Shown in pieces: positions 19,370 through 30,479 of a stretch of 64,000 nt of DNA. The translations under genes and the position numbers were made by a program. Each line of letters opens with the position of its first letter. Within the stretch, counting starts at the first letter, position 1. The DNA comes from Alphaproteobacteria bacterium (lineage in GTDB: Bacteria; Pseudomonadota; Alphaproteobacteria; CAAHEQ01; UBA3637), in NCBI GenBank assembly GCA_045605805.1, contig JAZUQR010000021.1, positions 1 to 64,000 on the forward strand, given 5' to 3'. The notes beneath the pieces are model-generated. The model worked only from the letters and a program-made list of their open reading frames with translations. It was not told the origin of the DNA and made no database searches.

Positions 19370-20254
19370 TTACTTCACAGGAATACATTCTTGTTTCTTT
19401 TTCTTTAATTTTTCGCATAGGTTCATCACCATTTCCCGAGTGGCAAATTCACCCACCTGCAACCGCCAGAATGTGCCTTTTCCGGCAATTTCAGCCGATA
19501 CAATTTGATATGGCATATCTGACAATAAGGCTTTGTGATTTTTTGAAATTGTTTGCCAAGATGTTTCAACTTTTTTCTTGCTTGATGATGATAATAATTG
19601 AGCCCGCCATATAATTGGCTTTTCTTTGGTAAGTGGTGCAGCCCCTGTTTTTTCTGTTGTGGCCACTTCAACCGTTTTTTCTTCTCTTTTTTTAGCAGGT
19701 ACTGCAGGTGTGGATTCAGACACTGTTTTTGCTTGGTCTGCTTCTTTAGCAGGCGGTATTTCCTGAGTCACTTGTTCAGGGGAAACAACCACATTTCCTT
19801 CTTTGGGTTCTGGCAAAACGACCTCTGATGGCAAAAGTGGCTGTTCTGGTTCAGGAAACAAATTTTCAACCACAGGTGTGGGGGCCAATTCGGCACGATT
19901 ATACACAACTTTATCTTTATCTGGAATATCTAATCCCCCCGGATTTTCTGGCAACACTTTAACCGGTGTAGGCGTTGGTGAAATAACCACGATTTTGGAT
20001 TCTTCCATTTTTGGCATCCGATGCATTAAGGCAAAAATTGTTCCACCGGCTACGATTACCGCCAATCCCAAGGCAATCCACAAAACTGTTTTTGGTTCTT
20101 TTTGTTCCGCAACGGGGACAGCACGAAATTGACTTAGATATTGCGGCAAACTCAATTCTTCTTTTGGATTGGGCTGTGTTTGGGTTTCGTTTATTTTTTG
20201 TTCCCGTTCAACAAGGCTTTCGGAAAATGTTTTAATTTTTTCAAATTCGTCCAT
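19370..20254 (-). CDS. SPOR-domain cell-division protein (FtsN-like)
   Basis: Single TM, PVKVLPENPGG motif, Pro-rich linker, C-terminal SPOR-like domain. Confidence 0.8.
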   Translation of the reverse strand: MDEFEKIKTFSESLVEREQKINETQTQPNPKEELSLPQYLSQFRAVPVAEQKEPKTVLWIALGLAVIVAGGTIFALMHRMPKMEESKIVVISPTPTPVKVLPENPGGLDIPDKDKVVYNRAELAPTPVVENLFPEPEQPLLPSEVVLPEPKEGNVVVSPEQVTQEIPPAKEADQAKTVSESTPAVPAKKREEKTVEVATTEKTGAAPLTKEKPIIWRAQLLSSSSKKKVETSWQTISKNHKALLSDMPYQIVSAEIAGKGTFWRLQVGEFATREMVMNLCEKLKKKKQECIPVK

Positions 20255-20392
20255 TTGATTCCTTCCTTTCTGCCTTCATTGTAATGATTTTTTTTCTTTT
20301 TACAAGAGCCTTTTATTTATTTTTTCATTTTTTTGAAAAAAATACTTGACGATTGTGTTTTTTTTCGCTATTCTATGTGGGCTATCAGCAAA

Positions 20393-20479
20393 GCGGATAT
20401 GGCGGAACTGGTAGACGCAACGGACTTAAAATCCGTTGGGGGCAACCCCGTGCCGGTTCGATTCCGGCTTTCCGCACCA
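20393..20479 (+). tRNA. tRNA-Leu(UAA)
   Basis: GCGGATATGGCGGAACTGGTAGACGC..CTTAAAA..long variable arm..GGTTCGATTCC..CCGCACCA; TTGACG-17-TATTCT promoter upstream. Confidence 0.95.
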
Positions 20480-20480
20480 T

Positions 20481-20511
20481 AAAAAAAGCCTTGGAAAACC
20501 AAGGCTTTTTT
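20481..20511. terminator. Bidirectional terminator
   Basis: aaaaaagccttgg-aaaa-ccaaggctttttt. Confidence 0.8.
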
Positions 20512-20528
20512 GTTTTTGGGTTTTAATT

Positions 20529-21344
20529 TTATCTTGCCCCTTTTGCCACATCTTTCTTAATGACAAGGTTTTTGATTTGTGGTCGTTCGATGTATTTTGT
20601 CCACATACCGGCAACACCCACATATTTTTCATCCTTAATTTTCTTTTGTTGATTGTTTGTATCATACTCATATTTTGCCAGATGACACACCATCAACGGT
20701 TCATCAATAAGATGGGTTTTTTCCAAGTTATATTTTTTACTTGTCACGATTTTTTCATCTTCATTGTAATATCTTGTGAGCTTTGGCATCAAACCTCTCT
20801 CGGCTGACCAAGTAAAAGTTTTTTGTTTGTACAGATATAATTTGCCTTTCTTGTTGCGTTTGCGGATATTTTCATGCGTTTTTATTTGTTCACGATTATC
20901 CCCAAATCCGATGTACTTAAAACCGGTTTCGGAAATCCATTCGCCAGATTTATCATAATTTATTTTCACACCATACAAAGGTATCCATTTTTTCCAGTCC
21001 TTACTTCTGTAGCGTGTGATTGTTTCACTTTCCAATTGCCCTTGACGATCGTAGATTTTCTTGGTTGTTTCGGCAAACACTGTATCACCCTCTACCTTAT
21101 ATTCTTTTTCTTCTATAGGGCGACCAAATTCATCATAATAGATGGTTGTTTTTGGCACAATCTCGCCGGAATCTGTTTGGGTATAGGTTTTGTTTTTAGA
21201 CAAGTATAACTTGCCCGTCAGATAGTCCTTTTCATATATCTTTTTTTGTACTTTGACATCATTTTCAAAGAATATTTCTTCTCGCAGAAGCACTTCACCA
21301 ATGTTGTTCCGATGTTCTTGAATTTTTGTTTCTTTTTTCATCAT
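20529..21344 (-). CDS. Hypothetical protein with YD-like repeats and basic tail
   Basis: YYDEFGR, YDRQGQ, YDKSGE, YYNEDE, YEYDTNN; ends IKKDVAKGAR; TTGACA-17-TATAAT at 21393-21365. Confidence 0.75.
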   Translation of the reverse strand: MMKKETKIQEHRNNIGEVLLREEIFFENDVKVQKKIYEKDYLTGKLYLSKNKTYTQTDSGEIVPKTTIYYDEFGRPIEEKEYKVEGDTVFAETTKKIYDRQGQLESETITRYRSKDWKKWIPLYGVKINYDKSGEWISETGFKYIGFGDNREQIKTHENIRKRNKKGKLYLYKQKTFTWSAERGLMPKLTRYYNEDEKIVTSKKYNLEKTHLIDEPLMVCHLAKYEYDTNNQQKKIKDEKYVGVAGMWTKYIERPQIKNLVIKKDVAKGAR

Positions 21345-21419
21345 TTTCTCCTTTTGACCTTTTTATTATACACCAAAAGCCGCATTTTGTCAAAAAATGA
21401 ATGTTACCAAATATTTCAT

Positions 21420-22718
21420 TCATTCTTTCAGCTTTGTTCTGGCAACACTTAAAGGAGGCAATTTTGAACGCAGTTCTTGTGGTAATGGGATAAGGGCCGA
21501 TTGACCAATATGGCCGGACGAGATTTCTTCAACAAGCATTCCTGTTCTTTCATCATACAGCTTATCCAGCATTATACAAATGGGTTCATATTGCAAGGGC
21601 GACAAAAACTCCAACACCATACCTTTTTGAAGTTTGTGTTTCACTTCCAACACAACTTTATCATTTTTTTCCCCTGTCACAAGGGCGGCATAACGCCATT
21701 GTCCATCACTGGCCGACACATCATAATTATGTGCTTCAGGGCCAGCATTTCCATCCAAAAATCCCAAGGTATAACCCCTTGATTGTAATGTTAAAATCTC
21801 GTTCATATACTTATCGGGCGACCACTTATCAGGGTTTTCAAACCAATCATCAATGGCGTGGCGATAGGCTCGGGCTGTGACTGCGGCATAGTATTCCGAT
21901 TTGTTTCGTCCTTCAATTTTGAAGGAATCAATCCCGATTGGCAGCAAATCCGGCAAGCGGGGCAACCAACACAAATCTCGGGAATTCATAATATAAGTGC
22001 CGTTTTCATCTTCATCAACACGCATCAATTCGTGCGGACGTGTTTCTTCTTCTATGTAATAAACACTTGTATCAGATGGTTTTTGCACCTCTTTGGCTTC
22101 ATATATTTTATAGGACCATCGGCACGAGTGGGCGCAATTTCCTTTATTTGCGCTGCGCCCTGTCATAAAATTGGATAACAGACAACGGCCGGAATAACTG
22201 ACACACAAAGCCCCATGTATGAAGGTTTCAAGGCGAATATCCGGACATTTTTTGCGAATTTCCTTGATTTCAGTTAGGGGGACTTCTCTGCCTAGAACAC
22301 ACAAGGATGCCCCCTGCTCTTTCCAATAATCCACTGTCAAATAGGAGCAGACATTTGCTTGGGTTGAAATATGCAAAGGAATCTGGGGTGCCTGTTTTTT
22401 TATCAAATTAAAAACTCCTGGGTCGGCCACAATCACACCATCCGGATTCAAATCGGTTAAATGCGACACAAACTCTTGCACACGCATAATATCATGATTA
22501 TGGGTGAACAAATTGACAGTTAAATAAACCTTTTTATTGATACTGTGAGCATAGGCGATGCCTTCTTTAAGTTCGTCATAGCTGAATGCAATTTTGTTGC
22601 GCAAACAGACCCCAGGCATACCGGCATAAACGGCATCGGCCCCGTATAAGAAGGCTGTTTTTAATCTGTTTAACGAGCCGGCGGGTAATAATAATTCTGG
22701 CTTTTTTATACAAGACAT
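21420..22718 (-). CDS. U32 family peptidase (TrhP/YegQ-like, tRNA hydroxylation)
   Basis: PELLLPAG, GADAVY, HISTQAN, HGALCVSYSGRC, CAHSCRW, KIEGR. Confidence 0.88.
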   Translation of the reverse strand: MSCIKKPELLLPAGSLNRLKTAFLYGADAVYAGMPGVCLRNKIAFSYDELKEGIAYAHSINKKVYLTVNLFTHNHDIMRVQEFVSHLTDLNPDGVIVADPGVFNLIKKQAPQIPLHISTQANVCSYLTVDYWKEQGASLCVLGREVPLTEIKEIRKKCPDIRLETFIHGALCVSYSGRCLLSNFMTGRSANKGNCAHSCRWSYKIYEAKEVQKPSDTSVYYIEEETRPHELMRVDEDENGTYIMNSRDLCWLPRLPDLLPIGIDSFKIEGRNKSEYYAAVTARAYRHAIDDWFENPDKWSPDKYMNEILTLQSRGYTLGFLDGNAGPEAHNYDVSASDGQWRYAALVTGEKNDKVVLEVKHKLQKGMVLEFLSPLQYEPICIMLDKLYDERTGMLVEEISSGHIGQSALIPLPQELRSKLPPLSVARTKLKE

Positions 22719-22731
22719 TGACTTTCCTTTT

Positions 22732-24579
22732 TTATTTCTTTTTCAAAAAACCGATCACGGCTGTGACGGAGGCTGGCGTGATGCCACGCATACGGCTCAT
22801 TGCTCCGATAGTGGCTGGGCGTTCTGATTCCAGTCGTTCCACAATTTCCAAAGACAGCCCTCCCACTTTGCGATAATCAATGGTTTCGGGGATTTTTAAG
22901 GCTTCATCTTTTTTGAAATCAGCTATATCTTGTGCCTGACGGGCCAAATAGCCTTGATAACGCCCTTCAATTTCCAGTTGTTCGGCAATTTCTTGGGGTA
23001 TGTCTTTCAATTGAGGGAATACAGACACAATCTGATTCCAACCGATATTTTGGTGTGACAGTAAGTCAAATGGGGTGCGTTTGCGTCCATCCACATTGAC
23101 GGAAAAACCCATTTTTTTCAATTCTTTTGGTGTTATATCCAGTGATTTTGCCAACGCACGAGCTTCATTTAATTTTTTTTGTTTTTTCTTAAAGATTTTT
23201 GCTCTCTCTTTGCCAACGCAACCGATTTTAATACCCAATGGGGTCAAGCGTAAATCGGCATTATCTGCCCGCATTGTCAGGCGATATTCGGCCCGAGAAG
23301 TGAACAAGCGATAGGGTTCATCTACCCCCAAAGTTGTGATATCGTCTATCATTACCCCCAAATAACTGTCTGCTCGGTCAAAAGTCAACTCTGATTTTTT
23401 TCCTTGTGCTTTTAAGGCGGCATTCACCCCTGCAAGCAATCCCTGCCCTGCTGCCTCTTCATAGCCTGTTGTCCCATTGATTTGTCCGGCCAAAAATAGA
23501 TTTGGCACTTTTTTTGTTTCCAAAGTCAATTTTAATTCACGGGGATCAACATAGTCATATTCAATGGCATAGGCATAGCGCAGGATTTTAACATTTTCCA
23601 GCCCTGGGATAGAACGAATGAAGGCTTCTTGAACATCCTTTGGCACGCTGGTAGAAATACCGTTTGGATAGATACTGTTCCCTTCCCGTGTTTCAGGTTC
23701 TAAGAAAATATGGTGGCTGTCACGCCCTTCAAAACGCACCAACTTTGTTTCAATGCTTGGGCAATAGCGAGGCCCTGTGGAGGTTATTTGCCCATCATAA
23801 AGGGGCGCTCGGTCTAAATTATCCAAAATAATCTTATGAGTGGTTGGGGTGGTATGCGTTATCCAACATGGCACTTGCTCTTGTTCAATTTTCTGTGTCA
23901 TAAAGGAAAAAGGTTTGGGCGGATTATCCCCATCTTGGCGTTCACATTTTGACCAATCTATGGTGTTTTTATCCAATCTGGCAGGCGTACCTGTTTTCAA
24001 GCGATCCATCTTTAATCCAAGTTTAGACAAGGCAGGTGTTATGCCATAACAGGCTGGTTCACCAAAACGGCCGCCTTTTGTTTGTTCTTTCCCGATATGC
24101 ATCACCCCGTTCAAAAAAGTACCCGTTGTCAAAACTGTGGCTTTGGCATATATTTCCTTTCCATCCACCACAACACCAACTACCTTCCCCTTTTCTGTCA
24201 GCAAATCTTCCACACTGCCTTCCAACAGTTCAAGATTCGGATAGTTTGCCAATTCTTCTTGCATCACACGCATATATTCTGTTTTATCGGCTTGGGCTCG
24301 TGGTCCTTGAACCGCCGGCCCTTTACTGGCGTTCAGCATACGGAACTGGATACCGGCTTTATCAATTACACGCCCCATCACACCATCCAGTGCATCTATT
24401 TCACGCACAAGTGTACCTTTTCCCAAACCGCCAATGGCCGGATTACAGGACATATCCCCTATGGTTTTAAGGTGGTGTGTCACAAGCAAAGTTTTTGCAC
24501 CCATGCGAGCCGAAGCCGTACAGGCCTCGCATCCTGCATGGCCTCCACCCACAACGATTACATCATATTCTTTTTTCAT
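22732..24579 (-). CDS. mnmG: tRNA U34 carboxymethylaminomethyl modification enzyme
   Basis: [47 protein letters not shown]. Confidence 0.98.
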   Translation of the reverse strand: MKKEYDVIVVGGGHAGCEACTASARMGAKTLLVTHHLKTIGDMSCNPAIGGLGKGTLVREIDALDGVMGRVIDKAGIQFRMLNASKGPAVQGPRAQADKTEYMRVMQEELANYPNLELLEGSVEDLLTEKGKVVGVVVDGKEIYAKATVLTTGTFLNGVMHIGKEQTKGGRFGEPACYGITPALSKLGLKMDRLKTGTPARLDKNTIDWSKCERQDGDNPPKPFSFMTQKIEQEQVPCWITHTTPTTHKIILDNLDRAPLYDGQITSTGPRYCPSIETKLVRFEGRDSHHIFLEPETREGNSIYPNGISTSVPKDVQEAFIRSIPGLENVKILRYAYAIEYDYVDPRELKLTLETKKVPNLFLAGQINGTTGYEEAAGQGLLAGVNAALKAQGKKSELTFDRADSYLGVMIDDITTLGVDEPYRLFTSRAEYRLTMRADNADLRLTPLGIKIGCVGKERAKIFKKKQKKLNEARALAKSLDITPKELKKMGFSVNVDGRKRTPFDLLSHQNIGWNQIVSVFPQLKDIPQEIAEQLEIEGRYQGYLARQAQDIADFKKDEALKIPETIDYRKVGGLSLEIVERLESERPATIGAMSRMRGITPASVTAVIGFLKKK

Positions 24580-24587
24580 GCGTTTCC

Positions 24588-25901
24588 TTATTTCCCAATA
24601 CAAAAATCACGGAAGATGACATCCAGAAGTTCATCCACCTCTATGCGTCCCGTAATACGCCCCAAAGCACGGGCAGACAGACGCAAATCTTCCGTTTTTA
24701 ATTCTAATTCTTGAACTTTGAGGGCATCTTTCAAATGTGTCACACATTGTTTTAATGCCACCCGATAGCGTTCACGGGTGATGGCTGCGCCACCGGCAAA
24801 AGAATCGGTCAGAATTACTTTTATTTCTTCCCACAATTTTGTTATCCCCTTACCTGTTTTGGCTGAGATGAAAAAATCACTTTTATTTTCTTTTACATCA
24901 TATAAATCTGTTTTATTCCAAAGTGTTATCACTTTCTTTTTAAGCAACGATTCGGGTAATTTTTCGGCGTTTGGATATGTTTTTGCATCTTGGACAAACA
25001 GAATTAAATCGGCTTTTTCGGCCTTTTTCACAGCCCTGCGGATTCCTTCGGATTCAATGTCTTCTTTGGCTTCACGCAAACCTGCTGTATCTGCCAAAAT
25101 AACAGGGAATCCCCCCACATCCAGATGGGCTTCCACAATATCCCGTGTTGTGCCTGCTGTTTGCGATACAATAGCAACCTCTTTTTTTGTCAGGGCATTG
25201 ATTAAAGAAGATTTTCCGACATTTGGTACACCAATGATAGCTACTTGAAAGCCCTCTCGCAAGCGTTCACCCCGATGATTATCATTCAGGTGGTCTTCTA
25301 GCTCGGCTATCAAACTTTGAATATCGTTATCAATTTCCTTTTCTTTTTCAGGCGGGATTTCTTCTTCTGGAAAATCAATGAAGGCTTCAGCATAGGCCAA
25401 ATGGTGTACTAATTTTTTGCGCCAATTTTCATATAATGCCCCCAAATCGCCTTCCATTTGTGCAAAAGCCTGTTGCCGTTGTGCTTCTGTTTCAGCGTGG
25501 ATTAAATCCAAAAGGCCTTCTGCCTCGGTTAAATCCATTTTTCCATTGATAACGGCTCGTCTTGAAAACTCGCCTCTTTCGGCTGGGCGCAATCCATCCA
25601 TTTGTGACAAGGCGTTTGTCAAGGCATTGATAACCCCTCGCCCACCATGCACTTGATATTCCACCACATCTTCCCCTGTGAAACTATGGGGCGCTTTGAA
25701 ATACAGCACAATCGCCTTATCCAGAATCGTTTCATTTTGTGTTAAAGGGGAAAAATAAACTTTTCCTGCTTCCATTTTTTTAAGTTTTGTCAATAACTTG
25801 GCCGATTCTAACGCTTTTGATCCGGACACACGAATGACAGCCACACCCGCTGTTCCCAATCCGCTTGCCAGTGCATAAATGGTATCTCCGTTTTGATACA
25901 T
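24588..25901 (-). CDS. mnmE: tRNA modification GTPase
   Basis: [25 protein letters not shown]-terminal FCIGK. Confidence 0.98.
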   Translation of the reverse strand: MYQNGDTIYALASGLGTAGVAVIRVSGSKALESAKLLTKLKKMEAGKVYFSPLTQNETILDKAIVLYFKAPHSFTGEDVVEYQVHGGRGVINALTNALSQMDGLRPAERGEFSRRAVINGKMDLTEAEGLLDLIHAETEAQRQQAFAQMEGDLGALYENWRKKLVHHLAYAEAFIDFPEEEIPPEKEKEIDNDIQSLIAELEDHLNDNHRGERLREGFQVAIIGVPNVGKSSLINALTKKEVAIVSQTAGTTRDIVEAHLDVGGFPVILADTAGLREAKEDIESEGIRRAVKKAEKADLILFVQDAKTYPNAEKLPESLLKKKVITLWNKTDLYDVKENKSDFFISAKTGKGITKLWEEIKVILTDSFAGGAAITRERYRVALKQCVTHLKDALKVQELELKTEDLRLSARALGRITGRIEVDELLDVIFRDFCIGK

Positions 25902-26522
25902 TTACAGCCCCTCCACCACTTTATAAATCTCGCCACGCAGGGAGGCTATATTCAAGCCGCTTTCAGAACTTGTTATTGCAATTTCCGGATAGCACGCCAC
26001 ATGCGTTTTGCCTTCATTCATTGTTTCTTCATACACTTTTTCCAAGTCTGATTGTTTCACTTTATCGGCTTTTGTCAAAACAATTTGATATGTGACGGCT
26101 GCCCGATCCAGCATCACCATAATGTCTTTATCTACTTTTTTTAAGCCATGGCGGGCATCTATCAGCAAAAAAACTCGTTTCAACTGTTGCCTGCCACGCA
26201 GATAGGCATGGATGAGTTTTGTCCAGTTTTGAACCATTTGTTTTGGGGCATTGGCAAAGCCATAACCAGGCAAGTCCACCAAGAAAAACCGAGTTCCTAC
26301 TTTGAAAAAATTCAATTCCTGAGTTCGCCCTGGGGTGTTGCTGGCACGCGCAATCGGTTTTCCCGTCAATGCATTGATTAAAGAGGATTTTCCAACATTT
26401 GAACGCCCCGCAAACGCAATCTCCGGCAAATAGAGTTTTGGTAAATCTTCTTCCTTTGCAACGCCTTTTTCAAAGGCCACACCGTTGGCAAAAAGTTGCT
26501 TTCCCCGTTCTTCAAATGCCAT
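25902..26522 (-). CDS. yihA: Ribosome biogenesis GTP-binding protein
   Basis: GRSNVGKSS, PGRT, DLPGYG, TKAD. Confidence 0.95.
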   Translation of the reverse strand: MAFEERGKQLFANGVAFEKGVAKEEDLPKLYLPEIAFAGRSNVGKSSLINALTGKPIARASNTPGRTQELNFFKVGTRFFLVDLPGYGFANAPKQMVQNWTKLIHAYLRGRQQLKRVFLLIDARHGLKKVDKDIMVMLDRAAVTYQIVLTKADKVKQSDLEKVYEETMNEGKTHVACYPEIAITSSESGLNIASLRGEIYKVVEGL

Positions 26523-28172
26523 TTAGCCCACCTTTTTTGTAATATATTTTTGCTGTGCGATGGACAAGATATTGCTCCATGTCCAATACAAGATTAAACC
26601 AACGGCAAATTGCCCCATCATAAAGGTAAAGATAATCGGCATATATTTGAACATATTGGTTTGTGTTTTATCGGCTGTGGCCGGTTGCGGGGTCATTTTT
26701 TGTTGGATATACATGGTCAAACCCATCAACACAGGCATCACCCCAAGATTCAAGAAACTTGGAATCGGCCATGGAATCAAGCCAAACAAGGTAAAGACCG
26801 AGCTGGAATCTGGCATAGACAAATCTTTTATCCATCCAAAGAAAGGCGCTTGGCGCATTTGCAACGAGACAGACAAAACTTTATATAATGCAAAAAATAC
26901 TGGGATTTGAATCAGCATTGGCAAACAACCGCCTGCCGGATTCACTTTTTCCCGTTTATATAGAGCCAACATTTCTTGTTGAAACCGCACTTTATCGTCT
27001 TTATAACGGGCTTGTAAAAGCTGCATTTGCGGTTGAATCTTTTTCATTTTGGCCATAGAAATGTATGATTTTGTTGCCACAGGCAATAAGGCCAAGCGCA
27101 ACAAGGTTGCAAAAATTAAAATGGCTATTCCCATATTTCCAACCAGATTATACAACCATCTTAAAAAATACAAGAATGGTTTTGTTAAGAAATAAAACCA
27201 TCCAAAATCAATGGTTAAATCAAACTTCGGAATGTTTAAGGTTTCTTGATAAGCATTGATTAAATCCAATTCTTTGGCACCGGCAAAAAGGTGTGTTGTT
27301 TTTGTCAATGTTGCGCCACTCATCACAGTTTGCGGTGGTGTTTTGAAGGATGACACATACATTTCATTTTGTTGTTTTTCTTTATATTCAACCTGTTGTG
27401 CTTGGTCAGGAATAAATATCGCCTGCCAGTATTTATCCGTTATACCAGACCAACCGCCTTGTGTTTTATACGAGATAGTTTCGTCTTCCACATCTGTGTA
27501 TGCACTTTCTTTCAAGCGATTATTGACCAACGACACAAACCCAGTATGCACAGATGTTGGGTTTTTCGGTGCATTTTCTGTGGCACGCACCAATGCCCCA
27601 TTTAAGGATACTGTCACTGCCTTTTCTGATTTGTTATGAAGCGTATCCACCACTGTGAACATATAGTTATTGTCCACGCTTATTTCTCGCACCAGTTTGA
27701 TTTCCTTTCCCTCCCACGAAAGTGTGATAGGTGTATCTGGGGTTAAAGTATTATCTGATGTTTGCCATTCTGCTTCACTATCAGGCAATTCAGCCGATCC
27801 TGACCATTGAACCTTAGCATAATACTTGTCTGACAAAAGGACAACATTAGGGCTGTCTGGTGCAATAGTTTCTTTATATTTTTTCAGTGTCAACCCTTTC
27901 AAAACGCCCCCTTTTGAGCTTAAAACACCTTGCAGCGCAGAACTTTCAATGGCAATTTCTTTTTGGGGCTTATCCGTTGTTGCTGGGACAATTTCCACTT
28001 CGGCCAAGGCTTTGGCGGCTTCTTGTTCTGCAATCAGTTGATTTTCAACAACATTTATTTGTTTTTCTTGTGGCGAAATATATCTGAATCCAAATAGAAC
28101 AGCAATGATTAGAATCATTGCCCACATCATAGAACGTTCTTCTGATTTAATTTGTTTTGGCGTTTGTTTCAT
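26523..28172 (-). CDS. yidC: Membrane protein insertase
   Basis: DKYW, IDFGWF, NPAGGCLP, GWIKDLS, LYWTWSN. Confidence 0.96.
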   Translation of the reverse strand: MKQTPKQIKSEERSMMWAMILIIAVLFGFRYISPQEKQINVVENQLIAEQEAAKALAEVEIVPATTDKPQKEIAIESSALQGVLSSKGGVLKGLTLKKYKETIAPDSPNVVLLSDKYYAKVQWSGSAELPDSEAEWQTSDNTLTPDTPITLSWEGKEIKLVREISVDNNYMFTVVDTLHNKSEKAVTVSLNGALVRATENAPKNPTSVHTGFVSLVNNRLKESAYTDVEDETISYKTQGGWSGITDKYWQAIFIPDQAQQVEYKEKQQNEMYVSSFKTPPQTVMSGATLTKTTHLFAGAKELDLINAYQETLNIPKFDLTIDFGWFYFLTKPFLYFLRWLYNLVGNMGIAILIFATLLRLALLPVATKSYISMAKMKKIQPQMQLLQARYKDDKVRFQQEMLALYKREKVNPAGGCLPMLIQIPVFFALYKVLSVSLQMRQAPFFGWIKDLSMPDSSSVFTLFGLIPWPIPSFLNLGVMPVLMGLTMYIQQKMTPQPATADKTQTNMFKYMPIIFTFMMGQFAVGLILYWTWSNILSIAQQKYITKKVG

Positions 28173-28230
28173 TCTTTTCCTTTCTGTTTTGGAGTATTTT
28201 AACCGAAACGCTTAAAAAAATCAAACTATT

Positions 28231-28953
28231 TTATTTTTTTCGGTTTTTGGGCGTGGAAGCAAAAGTCAAGACAAGTACTTTCTTTACACCAGCTTTTAAT
28301 AAAACTTTGGCACATTCATTGACTGTGGCGCCGGTTGTTAAAACATCATCTATCAACAAAACTGTTTGATTTTTAATCTTTTCTTTATGACAGACCTTAA
28401 AAGCATTTGTCACATTTTTACGCCTTTTATCGGGGGACAGATGGCCTTGGCTGACTGTAGATTTTACACGTTTTAATGAGTCTGGATTATATGTTTTATG
28501 AAAGATTTTGCTTAAACGATTGGCAAGTAAAGCAGATTGATTATATTTCCTTTTCAGCAATCGCCATCTGTGCAGCGGAATTGGCATCAGGACATCTGCT
28601 TCTTCAATCAACTCTTTACCTTGCAAGGCCATCATTTTAGCAAGCAGAGACACAAGTTCCTGTTTATCACCGCTTTTGAATGGTAAAATTAGCTTTTTAG
28701 CCATTTCATCATATAACAGCACAGCTCTGGCTTTTTCAAACAAAGGGGCTTTCATCAAACAGCTTGCACACACACGATCGCCCAAAATATCAAACTCAAA
28801 CGGGCGGCCACATTTTTGACAATAGGGTTTTGTGATAAAGTGCAAATTCTTGAAGCATTCTGGACATAAAGTATCCTTTTCAGATACGCTTGTTTTACAC
28901 ACAGCACATACCGGTGGTAAAAGAAAATCCAATACTATTTTCCAAAATTGCAT
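28231..28953 (-). CDS. comF: ComF family protein
   Basis: Double zinc ribbon plus PRTase motif LIDDVLTTGAT. Confidence 0.9.
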   Translation of the reverse strand: MQFWKIVLDFLLPPVCAVCKTSVSEKDTLCPECFKNLHFITKPYCQKCGRPFEFDILGDRVCASCLMKAPLFEKARAVLLYDEMAKKLILPFKSGDKQELVSLLAKMMALQGKELIEEADVLMPIPLHRWRLLKRKYNQSALLANRLSKIFHKTYNPDSLKRVKSTVSQGHLSPDKRRKNVTNAFKVCHKEKIKNQTVLLIDDVLTTGATVNECAKVLLKAGVKKVLVLTFASTPKNRKK

Positions 28954-29018
28954 CCTTGCATCCTTTTGTTTTTCTTCCCATTATGGTTAAGTACAATTAT
29001 ACAGAAAGGATTTTACTC

Positions 29019-29480
29019 ATGCAACCAGTTTCTTTATTCAGAAAGGCATTACGCTTTATTTTTTTATTAGTTTTGGTCAATGCTATTGGATTTTTGGCTT
29101 CTTCTTATATGACGGGCGACAACATCCAATGGTATAACAATTTAACGCAATCTTCTTTAACCCCTCCAAGATATGTATTTGGACTTGTCTGGTCTGTCCT
29201 TTTATTACTGCAAGCTGTGGCAGCTTTTCTTGTTTGGGGCAAGGCAAGCCCAAGGTATTTTGCCCTTCAACTTGGCTTGAATATGTTATGGAGTTTTGTG
29301 TTTTTCTTTTTACATCAACCGATTTGGGCTTTGTTTGTGTTGATTCTGTTTATATGGGCCTTGACCATGAACATCAAAACATTTGCAAAGTCCAACAAAC
29401 TTTCCGGTTGGTTGCTTGTTCCAACCTTGCTTTGGTCTTTGTTTGCTTTTTATCTGAATGCCTTTATCATTTTTGCATAA
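29019..29480 (+). CDS. tspO: TspO/MBR family membrane protein
   Basis: WY..L....LTPP..VFGLVW, QLGLNMLWSFVFF, LLVP..LW..FA.YLN. Confidence 0.88.
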   Translation: MQPVSLFRKALRFIFLLVLVNAIGFLASSYMTGDNIQWYNNLTQSSLTPPRYVFGLVWSVLLLLQAVAAFLVWGKASPRYFALQLGLNMLWSFVFFFLHQPIWALFVLILFIWALTMNIKTFAKSNKLSGWLLVPTLLWSLFAFYLNAFIIFA

Positions 29481-29501
29481 AAAATGAAACTGTTTTACCT
29501 G

Positions 29502-29536
29502 CAAAAAAGCCTCTGCTTTCACAGAGGCCTTTTTTT
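29502..29536. terminator. Bidirectional terminator
   Basis: aaaaaagcctctg...cagaggcctttttt between convergent genes. Confidence 0.7.
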
Positions 29537-29550
29537 CTTTGTTGGTTGAT

Positions 29551-30465
29551 TTATTTATTAAAATCAGGTTCTGCGGATTCACTGTTTCCAACCGAACGCA
29601 AATCAAAACACCTTAACACTGGCATCGCCAAATAGATGGAAGAATATGTTCCAAAAATTGTCCCTAGGAACATGGCAATGGAAAAGCCTTTTAATGTTTC
29701 ACCGCCCACCAGCAACAAAATACCCACAACGAACAAGGTTGTAAAACTGGTCAACATTGTGCGAGATAAAGTTTCATTTGTACTGCGGTTTAACAGGTTG
29801 ATAACAGATTCTTTTCTGTATTTTTTTAAGTTTTCACGCATGCGGTCATAACTGACAATTGTATCATTACAATCATAGCCCGCCAATGACAACAAGCCTG
29901 CCACAACCACCATGTCAAATTCTATTTGAAACACAGAGAAAAAGCCAACCACGATTATCATATCATGTGCCAAAGCCAACAAACACCCCACTGCAAACGG
30001 CCATTCAAATCGGAACCAAATGTACACAGCGATTGCCAACAATGCCAAGACAGAGGCTAATAAACTTTTGTATTTCAATTCCTCACCAATGGCAGGCCCG
30101 ATGATTTCCACTTGATTATAGCTGTATCCTTCGCCTAAGGTGTTTTTAATTTTGGTTAAAAGTTCATTGGCATTTTCACCTTGCGGTTGGGCTTGAATCA
30201 AAACACCTTTGCCATCCATTCCCACCGATTGTAAGGATAAATCTCTTAAAAAGGACAATTTTTCACGAAGGACATCCATTTTAAGTTCGGTTTCGCTTGT
30301 GGCTTCAATTTGAACACCTCCCACAAAATCAATGCCGTAATTCAATCCTTTGGTTGCCAAGGAGAACAAAGAAACGATTACCAAAATAGCCGACAGCACA
30401 TAGGCATATTTTGCCTGTTTCATAAAGTTAAAATTGTATTCTCTTTTCTTAAATAACTTACGCAT
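29551..30465 (-). CDS. secF: Protein translocase subunit SecF
   Basis: GIDFVGG, HD, NDTIV.YDRMREN, GTYSSIY. Confidence 0.95.
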   Translation of the reverse strand: MRKLFKKREYNFNFMKQAKYAYVLSAILVIVSLFSLATKGLNYGIDFVGGVQIEATSETELKMDVLREKLSFLRDLSLQSVGMDGKGVLIQAQPQGENANELLTKIKNTLGEGYSYNQVEIIGPAIGEELKYKSLLASVLALLAIAVYIWFRFEWPFAVGCLLALAHDMIIVVGFFSVFQIEFDMVVVAGLLSLAGYDCNDTIVSYDRMRENLKKYRKESVINLLNRSTNETLSRTMLTSFTTLFVVGILLLVGGETLKGFSIAMFLGTIFGTYSSIYLAMPVLRCFDLRSVGNSESAEPDFNK

Positions 30466-30479
30466 TTTCTTATCCTTTC

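Noticed and set aside
20393-21400. Integrative island at tRNA-Leu
   Set aside because: No integrase and no duplicated tRNA 3' end found; only one orphan gene follows.
24082-24714. Long antisense ORFs (e.g. 210 aa opposite mnmG, 191 aa opposite the pilin, 180 aa opposite the ABC ATPase)
   Set aside because: Shadow frames of well-supported genes with no recognisable motifs.
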